Shown: positions 57,731 to 64,000 of the stretch, one piece after another | How the letters are laid out: every line of letters starts with the position of its first letter | Position numbering within the stretch: the first letter of the stretch is position 1 | Virus record (IMG/VR): IMGVR_UViG_3300020596_001154 | Span: 848 to 64,847 of that record | DNA from: a virus | Taxonomy: Duplodnaviria; Caudoviricetes | Direction: 5' to 3' (one strand) | DNA length: 64,000 nt | Notes under the pieces: generated by a model | Told to the model about the DNA's origin: nothing | Databases searched by the model: none | The model's input: only the letters and a program-made list of their open reading frames with translations | Translations under genes and position numbers: made by a program

Positions 57731-57816
57731 CGTCTCTCCTCGTCATCTAATAGTCTATCGAATTCAAACTCTATGCTTAAACCGTATCATGCAGTTCGAG
57801 AATAGACAAGGGGGTC

Positions 57817-58086
57817 CTAGAAAATATTTGGGAGATGTTTAGTTTGCTTTTTGTGGCGGTATCTGCTGAGAGCCCGTTTGAATTCGGGGTTTCTAATGCG
57901 GCTTAGTTCTTCGTCCACTCCTTTGACAGTGGAAAGACTGCAGCTAAAGCAAGCCTTTAGCACTTCCCTTGCTTCTTCATACTCAAAGCCGTAGACAGCC
58001 TTAAATTCTAGTTCGCCTGTTATAGGGGTGTTTAGAGCGTCTAGCTCCTTGGTTTGAACGTGAATATCCCTCTTTAATTTGCTCAT
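57817..58086 (-). CDS. Hypothetical protein
   Basis: AAGGAAG RBS. Confidence 0.5.
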   Translation of the reverse strand: MSKLKRDIHVQTKELDALNTPITGELEFKAVYGFEYEEAREVLKACFSCSLSTVKGVDEELSRIRNPEFKRALSRYRHKKQTKHLPNIF

Positions 58087-58165
58087 TTTCTTCCTTTCCA
58101 GTTAATTACAACACTTACTAAAAAACGGTGTTAGAGGTCAACAGTACTGGGAGGCAACTGCTAAA

Positions 58166-58408
58166 TTAACTATCCTCTGGTGACTCGCCCTCTGAAATAC
58201 TCATAACTAGGTCCAACTCTTCAGCAAAAACTTGTTGCACCCATGCTCTGATAGCATCGGTTTGTGCTAATAGCATAGCCTTTCTAAAAACATTGTTATT
58301 AGGAAAAGCCATATCCATTGCCCTTGAGATAAACATAATCTTTGATGCGTCTGTTTGAATAGACTGTGTTAGTTCTTTGTACTCTTCTAATGTTTTTTCT
58401 TCACTCAT
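58166..58408 (-). CDS. Hypothetical protein
   Basis: ORF in operon. Confidence 0.5.
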   Translation of the reverse strand: MSEEKTLEEYKELTQSIQTDASKIMFISRAMDMAFPNNNVFRKAMLLAQTDAIRAWVQQVFAEELDLVMSISEGESPEDS

Positions 58409-58569
58409 AAATCGCCCTTGATCTTTTTGATTGAAATAATTAGGTCATCCACAATTAAGTCTGTACCTTCTGCCAGTTCTTGTCTAGACCAGTGACGAGT
58501 TTGTAGTTTCGTGTTGATCTCCACTTTTCCATCTTCAGAAGTTAAAATCGCTATGTATTCTCTGCTCAT
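58405..58569 (-). CDS. 54-aa hypothetical protein (absent from ORF track)
   Basis: MSREYIAILTSEDG...; ATGA overlaps at both ends. Confidence 0.5.
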   Translation of the reverse strand: MSREYIAILTSEDGKVEINTKLQTRHWSRQELAEGTDLIVDDLIISIKKIKGDL

Positions 58570-58859
58570 TTAATGATCTCCGGCTTATCTTGTTTTGGAA
58601 TAGCCCACTGCTTAAGTTCAAACTCTTCCATCTGACGGTTTAATCTGACATCACAGTTTCTGAAAACGTGCACCATTCTATAAGTCTCGCCATCAGGAGC
58701 CTTGTTAATAATCTGGCCGCTCTCAATGCATACATTACCTTTTAAATTTACCAGGTATTGGTCTTTCTCTTTAAGAAAAAGCGTTGCGTTGACTGTCTTT
58801 GACGTGCAGGCACTCAAGAATATTAAAGTCAAAACCAATACTGCTAATAAGATCTTCAT
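58566..58859 (-). CDS. Lipoprotein
   Basis: Signal peptide with LSAC lipobox. Confidence 0.65.
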   Translation of the reverse strand: MKILLAVLVLTLIFLSACTSKTVNATLFLKEKDQYLVNLKGNVCIESGQIINKAPDGETYRMVHVFRNCDVRLNRQMEEFELKQWAIPKQDKPEIIK

Positions 58860-59149
58860 TAAAAGTCAAATCCAACGCTTAGAAGTAAATTACCATTTGT
58901 GTGTGCCTCTACACCTAGAGCTACTTCGTCAGAAACTTTTCTTTCGTAGCCAATGCCGCCTACTGCACCTCTATTGATAGAGATTGTATTGGCATTATGG
59001 TTAAGCTCATTGTTAGGTCCAATACCGAATAAGCCTCGAATCCTATTCTTCTTAGAAGCTGAAGACTTCTCAGCCTGAGCGGATTCGTTTGCAAAGGTAT
59101 CGCCCATTAATGGCGTAGCTAAAAGTATTAAAATCAAAAATAGTTTCAT
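58859..59149 (-). CDS. Secreted small protein with C-terminal beta-signal
   Basis: Signal peptide; amphipathic strands ending LLSVGFDF. Confidence 0.55.
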   Translation of the reverse strand: MKLFLILILLATPLMGDTFANESAQAEKSSASKKNRIRGLFGIGPNNELNHNANTISINRGAVGGIGYERKVSDEVALGVEAHTNGNLLLSVGFDF

Positions 59150-59160
59150 TGTCGTCTCCT

Positions 59161-59862
59161 TTATGGTTGGAATACATTTCCAAATTGGTCGGTTAGAACG
59201 TTTGAGTTGTTTACACTAAATGAACAGCCAGAGCCATCAGTCGTGGTGAAACTCCCAGCAACTAGTTTGCTTAGACGTACTGTGAGTGCGCTGCCATTTT
59301 GGGAGAAGGAACTCACTAGACTGCCATTTTCAAGTCTTAGAATAACTTCTCTGAAAGCTGTTACAATACTGGGACAAGGAGTGATTAACTCTTTGATTTG
59401 ATACTGTGATGAACTTCCTGGAACTCCTTGATTACCCTGAACTCCTTGATCACCCTGAACTCCTTGATCACCCTGAACTCCTTGATCACCCTGAACTCCT
59501 TGATCACCCTGAACTCCTTGATCACCCTGCTGGCCTTCGTTTCCATCACATACGACACTTGCGCTTGTGACTTCAGAATCTTGTAGACTACCATCTCTGT
59601 TAAGGTCTGGTCCTGACTTAATAAGGGCCCCCGATTCAGATGTACAGACGCTAGAATCTGCAGTAAATCTTGCAGAACTAATGAGGCTGTTTTTACCACT
59701 AGAGCCATCTAACCCATTTACTCCTGCAGCTCCTGCAGCTCCTTGAAGCAGGGTGTAGGTTTCGTCTCCACATCCTACTAAAAATAGGGTTGCCGATGCA
59801 CAAACAGCGGAAACTAAAATTAATTTTGCTGCTCCGTACATTACTAGTTTAACTGGGTCCAT
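59161..59862 (-). CDS. Collagen-like lipoprotein
   Basis: LVGC lipobox, DLNRDGSLQDSE loop, (GDQGVQ)n triple-helix repeats. Confidence 0.75.
   Translation of the reverse strand: MDPVKLVMYGAAKLILVSAVCASATLFLVGCGDETYTLLQGAAGAAGVNGLDGSSGKNSLISSARFTADSSVCTSESGALIKSGPDLNRDGSLQDSEVTSASVVCDGNEGQQGDQGVQGDQGVQGDQGVQGDQGVQGDQGVQGNQGVPGSSSQYQIKELITPCPSIVTAFREVILRLENGSLVSSFSQNGSALTVRLSKLVAGSFTTTDGSGCSFSVNNSNVLTDQFGNVFQP
59421..59529. repeat. 18-bp tandem repeat x6 (collagen GDQGVQ)
   Basis: GAACTCCTTGATCACCCT units. Confidence 0.9.
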
Positions 59863-59885
59863 GATATTGTCCTTTCTAAAAATGG

Positions 59886-59924
59886 GCCGAAGCTACAAAG
59901 AGGGGGTAAGTTTGCAGCCTCGGC
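59886..59924 (-). other. 14-bp RNA stem-loop in intergenic leader
   Basis: GCCGAGGCTGCAAA / TTTGTAGCTTCGGC; the two mismatches are G-U pairs only on the minus-strand RNA. Confidence 0.5.
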
Positions 59925-59958
59925 TTCCGGCTTTCCTAACGGGGAAGTATAGGAAATT

Positions 59959-60459
59959 CTATTTAAAATTAATCCTAAGTCCACCTATAAAAAATGTTAC
60001 CACATAGTTTGAGTTAGCGCCAGCCTCTATAGAAATATTCTTCGTGATAGGAATGTCTACATAAGCGTTGGCCACTACTGTGGGTACAATCTCTACCACA
60101 CTATTTCTAATAGACCCTGGAAATTTGTCTACTTTGTTAGTAGTTTCACGTACATAGAGTCCGGCAGCTGCTCCCAAATGTAGGTGTGAAAAATATGTCC
60201 ACACTGGACCGGCCATCAACGTACCAGCATTTTTACCGAACGAGTCTTTAAAGTACACTGCAGCACCTTGGAAATTCTTATGGCGGTAAAGGAAGCCCAA
60301 AGCTGGGTGAAAGGTCCAAGTCCCATCTTCAGATAGTTTATAAGGCATGGCATCTCTAACCGTATCATCCACATTCAGAATCCCATGCAATGTTACTGCT
60401 ACTGGACTGATTGTCAGCGAGTGGCCTATAACTGCTGCGTATAGTAGAACTGAAATCAT
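59959..60459 (-). CDS. Putative outer-membrane beta-barrel protein
   Basis: Alternating hydrophobic strands, C-terminal GLRINFK. Confidence 0.55.
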   Translation of the reverse strand: MISVLLYAAVIGHSLTISPVAVTLHGILNVDDTVRDAMPYKLSEDGTWTFHPALGFLYRHKNFQGAAVYFKDSFGKNAGTLMAGPVWTYFSHLHLGAAAGLYVRETTNKVDKFPGSIRNSVVEIVPTVVANAYVDIPITKNISIEAGANSNYVVTFFIGGLRINFK

Positions 60460-60678
60460 TTATTTCTCGATTTTAGTATAAGAGTAGCCACCGTTTCGGA
60501 CTCTTTTAAAGAAGAAGCTCCCTTTAGATTCTGCAGACTGGAAGTCTTCATATATATCTAGAGGCACATCCTTATATTGATAGACAATCCCGCTTTTAAA
60601 GCGTACTTCTAAAACCTTCTCGGTTTTCTTATACCCAATAGAGGCAATATTTGTTGAATCGACAGCAGTTCTTCTCAT
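60460..60678 (-). CDS. KTSC domain protein
   Basis: VDSTNIASIGY..LEVRFKSG.VYQY.DVP..AESKGSFF. Confidence 0.9.
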   Translation of the reverse strand: MRRTAVDSTNIASIGYKKTEKVLEVRFKSGIVYQYKDVPLDIYEDFQSAESKGSFFFKRVRNGGYSYTKIEK

Positions 60679-61082
60679 ATAGAGGTTCTCCCTTTGTTCA
60701 TTTCATTTAGTATTCGCGTGGCTACAGCTGAAATCTGTTTGTTTCTGAGATATACGCAATAAGCAGATAGAATTTGAGTGTGACTTTTTGTCATTGCATC
60801 AAATACACAGCTAAAGCCGAGGTCTTTTTTCAGCTTCTTTTTAGTAGAAGCCCAGTTCACGAACTTAACTTTACCCTTAAGTTTTAGAAGACCTAATCCT
60901 GCCGGCAATTCGAAAGTAACTTCTATTGGAGTATTTGGAAGTAGAAGCTCTTCACTATATATGAAGACTCCTTTTGAAGAGATATCCCTCAAATTTTTAT
61001 TCATATAGGAGTCATCTAATAATTTAAGAGTGGCTCTTTCAGATATTAACGGTATGCGAATTTCACTTCGTCGTTCTTTCAT
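60675..61082 (-). CDS. PilZ domain protein
   Basis: RxxxR (ERRSEIRIP) and DxSxxG (DISSKG) motifs. Confidence 0.8.
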   Translation of the reverse strand: MKERRSEIRIPLISERATLKLLDDSYMNKNLRDISSKGVFIYSEELLLPNTPIEVTFELPAGLGLLKLKGKVKFVNWASTKKKLKKDLGFSCVFDAMTKSHTQILSAYCVYLRNKQISAVATRILNEMNKGRTSI

Positions 61083-61414
61083 TTTGTTATCCCTCTCGTA
61101 ACCTTATTGAAGTTTACGTATTCATATGTATAGTAGTCACCAGCTTTAGGATCATTCAAGTATTCAGCCTCTGAAATATTTTCCCCGTCCGCTCTACTAT
61201 AGCCGGTCACTTGCTTGATTTCCCCTTCAATATCTAGGCTAACTCCACTTAGAGAGATGCCTCTAGTTTGCGCAAAGATTTCCAAGGCTTTTTCAATTGC
61301 TTCTTCTTCGGAGTGTGCTTTCACTTCAATAGGCTCTAAGTTAGTTCCACAGTTAAGGCCATTAACGCTATCGCAATCTATGCCGTGGTAGGGGGTAATC
61401 GTATATAGGTTCAT
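61079..61414 (-). CDS. Hypothetical protein
   Basis: VKAHSEEEAIEKA motif common in small phage proteins. Confidence 0.5.
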   Translation of the reverse strand: MNLYTITPYHGIDCDSVNGLNCGTNLEPIEVKAHSEEEAIEKALEIFAQTRGISLSGVSLDIEGEIKQVTGYSRADGENISEAEYLNDPKAGDYYTYEYVNFNKVTRGITK

Positions 61415-61620
61415 GATATAAGCCTTTCTAAAAATCTAATCAACTTGTCTATATATAGGACCTTGCTTTTTTCAGCCGCGTCATTGCTGCCTTCAAGTTG
61501 TTCTTTGTCCGCTATGAGTTCATCTATATAGGTTCGGATCTTAGAAGCTGGGATGAGTCTACTTGAAAGTTCAATTCCCATAAGTTTTTCAACTTCCTTA
61601 ATCAATTTAATTTCTTCCAA
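61411..61620 (-). CDS. Hypothetical protein
   Basis: Coupled ORF. Confidence 0.45.
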   Translation of the reverse strand: MEEIKLIKEVEKLMGIELSSRLIPASKIRTYIDELIADKEQLEGSNDAAEKSKVLYIDKLIRFLERLIS

Positions 61621-61829
61621 TGATTTAGGTTTATTACTTTTTCAGTTCGTAACTTTATCTTGGTGCCTGCTTTGATATCCCAAAGTTTTCTAGTCAAAGC
61701 GCCCATTTCTTCACAAGTTCTCTTATAGATCTCGATAGATTCTGAATCCTTTGGGTTTAAAGTCTTAAGTTTAAAACTTAAAGTCTCTAATTCACACTCA
61801 ATCGCTGCTTTTGAAAACGAATTAGTCAT
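61602..61829 (-). CDS. Hypothetical protein
   Basis: Coupled ORF. Confidence 0.45.
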   Translation of the reverse strand: MTNSFSKAAIECELETLSFKLKTLNPKDSESIEIYKRTCEEMGALTRKLWDIKAGTKIKLRTEKVINLNHWKKLN

Positions 61830-62125
61830 TAATTTCCTTCTCCGTTTCGGTCAGCTACTTCAAAGTATTCGAAAAGTGTATTCGAGGCGATATCTAGTAC
61901 GTTAACTCCTCGACTCACTGAAGCTAGATGGTTAAAGTCTTCAGATGCTGGATTGGTTTCTTTGGCAAGACCATTAGCATAGATTTCTGCTTCCTCATAT
62001 TTTCTGAAGGAAACGAGCTGGTCTATCATACCGTCATTAGTCTGGATCACTGTATATAGTAGAGTCTGTTTTTCTTTAGTTCCCATTTTTGCCTCCCTGT
62101 ATTCTATTAAGTTCTTTATTTGCAA
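61829..62125 (-). CDS. Hypothetical protein (true start probably the internal MGTKE)
   Basis: GGAGG RBS before the internal ATG. Confidence 0.45.
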   Translation of the reverse strand: MQIKNLIEYREAKMGTKEKQTLLYTVIQTNDGMIDQLVSFRKYEEAEIYANGLAKETNPASEDFNHLASVSRGVNVLDIASNTLFEYFEVADRNGEGN

Positions 62126-62472
62126 ATTCTAAATTAGATCTCAAATTCGTGTGCTCCTCTAAAGAGAGGCTCAGATTTTTATCTTCTAGTAAAGACTCTA
62201 TTAAAGTCTTTTGAAGCTTCAGCATAATCGCGACTGGGTCTTTCATACTCTCAATCCTTTCTACACACTTGAATTCGCGTCACTTCAGGCATATCAAATG
62301 CCTTATCTACATTATGGAACACAACTGGGGAAATGTCTATGCCCCCCGTGCAAATTTCAGGCATATTCATATATCTAATCCAATACAGGTCTAATCATTT
62401 CACCAAACACGCCTTTCCATCAAAATTAATTTGAAAGATCTTAAGACGTTGCTCAAGTTCTTTTATCATCGA

Positions 62473-62637
62473 TTATTTTCCGTGCAAAGTAATAGTTACT
62501 ATATCTCCTTCTTTGGCCATTTTAAGTTCTTTATCCTTTGGAAGCTTAAACGTTGCTTCACTTCGAAGCCACCAAATACTATCTTTATTTTCTAATATGA
62601 CACTATTGTCATTTACCTCTAGGACTTGGCATTTCAT
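62473..62637 (-). CDS. 54-aa hypothetical protein (absent from ORF track)
   Basis: MKCQVLEVND...KEGDIVTITL; ATGA overlap. Confidence 0.45.
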   Translation of the reverse strand: MKCQVLEVNDNSVILENKDSIWWLRSEATFKLPKDKELKMAKEGDIVTITLHGK

Positions 62638-62963
62638 TTGATTTCCCTTTCAGTTAATACTAATGTAAATTCTGGAGTAATATGAGAAGCTATCATAAAT
62701 ATAGGCTTTTTATACATTGGAGATCCTTTTTTCTGCAGTTTCTTAATACTTTTGGCTCTATTTTTAGCTTCCTTTAAAATGTTTTCAAGTTCGTTAAACC
62801 TTAATATATAAGTAAAGCATTCTTCCCCCAATGCGGTTACTTCTTTCATCCATATACGTCTACTAACTACTTCTAATTTTTTAATATATATCTTCCCATC
62901 GCCTAATTTCTTCAGTTCTTTTTTAGTATACTTTTTCAACACCTTTGAATTAATAACGGCCAT
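62634..62963 (-). CDS. Hypothetical basic protein
   Basis: AAAGGA RBS. Confidence 0.5.
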   Translation of the reverse strand: MAVINSKVLKKYTKKELKKLGDGKIYIKKLEVVSRRIWMKEVTALGEECFTYILRFNELENILKEAKNRAKSIKKLQKKGSPMYKKPIFMIASHITPEFTLVLTEREIK

Positions 62964-63088
62964 ATAGTTCCTTTCAATACATTATACTAATTAAATCTAA
63001 AAATCCTCCTGAGCGGGAACACAGGGACATATATGAGCGCAAATTGACATCGCAATAGATTTTGCGCTATATTTAATTTATAGCGTAA

Positions 63089-63292
63089 TTAATTCCTATC
63101 AAAATCAAACAGATCATCTTTTAAAATACTATCAAAATCAGGTTCATACAATGAAATGAGATTTTTAGCACGTCTTTCAACTTCTTCATCTGTGGGAAAT
63201 CGACCCAAACTTTGGAATAATTGAGATTCGGCTTCAATCCACATATCTTCCCAAATGGGGTCTTGGCCATAATAGTTAGTTGGATATTTCAT
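63089..63292 (-). CDS. Hypothetical protein
   Basis: GGAGG RBS; LGRFPTDEEV. Confidence 0.5.
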   Translation of the reverse strand: MKYPTNYYGQDPIWEDMWIEAESQLFQSLGRFPTDEEVERRAKNLISLYEPDFDSILKDDLFDFDRN

Positions 63293-63319
63293 TCTTATTC
63301 CCTCCGTATACTTATGGTA

Positions 63320-63613
63320 TCAGAAATTAATACCAATTACAAGACTACTACCTAAAATTCCTAAGCCATCGGCCATCAAATCTTTGGCATGCTCTCTGCC
63401 TGTATTCCTGTTGCCATCCATGATTTCCTTAGATATTCCAATAGCACTAGTCGTTAATATTGACGTAATTAAACATGGAACTTTTTTTTCTATTACTTTT
63501 TCGCATACCGAATAGACAGTATGATTAATCGCCCATGATAGCCCAAAATGGGCAACTTTATCAACTGGAATTTGACCAATAGTTAAAGTTGACAATAAAA
63601 CTAAATTAATCAT
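63320..63613 (-). CDS. YfiM/VanZ-like small membrane protein
   Basis: DKVAHF..GISKEIMD..DLMADGLG. Confidence 0.6.
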   Translation of the reverse strand: MINLVLLSTLTIGQIPVDKVAHFGLSWAINHTVYSVCEKVIEKKVPCLITSILTTSAIGISKEIMDGNRNTGREHAKDLMADGLGILGSSLVIGINF

Positions 63614-63640
63614 AATAATTTATTTTCCATTCCACTGTAA

Positions 63641-63829
63641 TCATTTCATTCGTCCTAAAATGCTAGTCAATAACATATCTTTAATGTTTAACAGATTTAA
63701 AACTCTGTCGTTGTCATATAAAGGTCTATCCAATTCAGAATTGATTAGAGCATTGATCTTTAATTCATAAGAAACTTGATTAATAACAGCTAAAAAGTCT
63801 TTTTCGTTTTGATTTAACGTATTATTCAT
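63641..63829 (-). CDS. Hypothetical protein
   Basis: AT-rich ORF. Confidence 0.4.
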   Translation of the reverse strand: MNNTLNQNEKDFLAVINQVSYELKINALINSELDRPLYDNDRVLNLLNIKDMLLTSILGRMK

Positions 63830-64000
63830 AGTTTACAATACTCACTTAATCTTTACTAAAATCACGTAGATCGCAGTTCCTATTAATAGACCAATGACTA
63901 TTTCCAGTATTCTATTCATTTTTGCATATACTTTGGCCTTTTCTTTCAATTTTCTAATTTGAGTATCTACGCCAAAATTAGGAGCTTTGATATTTTCCAC

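Noticed and set aside
58566-59149. Spanin pair / lysis cassette
   Set aside because: No coiled-coil inner spanin and no adjacent holin or endolysin
59385-59708. ORF with (RVIKEF)n repeats
   Set aside because: Alternative frame of the collagen 18-bp repeat
62250-62469. Seventh microprotein member or stop-codon readthrough (MIKELEQRLKIFQINF..VK*LDLYWI)
   Set aside because: Weak similarity and an in-frame TGA; TGA and TAG end genes normally elsewhere, so recoding is unsupported
1-64000. tRNA, rRNA, integrase or att site
   Set aside because: None recognised by eye; intergenic gaps are short. tRNAscan-SE would be the definitive check for tRNAs

Overview
The window is a large piece of a tailed dsDNA phage genome with a contractile (myovirus) tail. 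No host housekeeping genes, integrase, tRNA, rRNA or CRISPR array were seen. A terminase large subunit runs off the left edge on the minus strand. It is divergent from a ~32 kb plus-strand virion operon: scaffold, major capsid, neck, a sheath with inserted domains, three tube paralogs, chaperones with a probable -1 frameshift, tape measure, an eCIS/T4-like baseplate, a spike with an internal GH24 lysozyme, and several fibres. A plus-strand replication/recombination block follows (SNF2, DnaB, primase Zn-finger, PolA, gp32-like SSB, RuvC-like, RecA, ClpP-like, SbcC C-half, PD-(D/E)XK nuclease). It converges at ~50.15 kb with a minus-strand block (SbcC N-half, SbcD, Toprim, CYTH, VWA-metallopeptidase/MoxR, envelope proteins, KTSC, PilZ, small ORFs). 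Highlights: (1) a 13-unit HEAT-repeat gene with a near-frozen DNA scaffold and hypervariable residues at the alphaRep binding-surface positions, bracketed by a 109-bp direct repeat; (2) six related 33-52 aa microprotein ORFs missing from the ORF track, inserted at gene junctions of the replication operons; (3) a homing-endonuclease stub between a RuvC-like gene and a diverged copy of its 3' end; (4) split SbcC and split primase on opposite strands; (5) a phage PilZ c-di-GMP receptor beside an envelope-protein cassette. All calls come from reading motifs by eye; no database searches were run.
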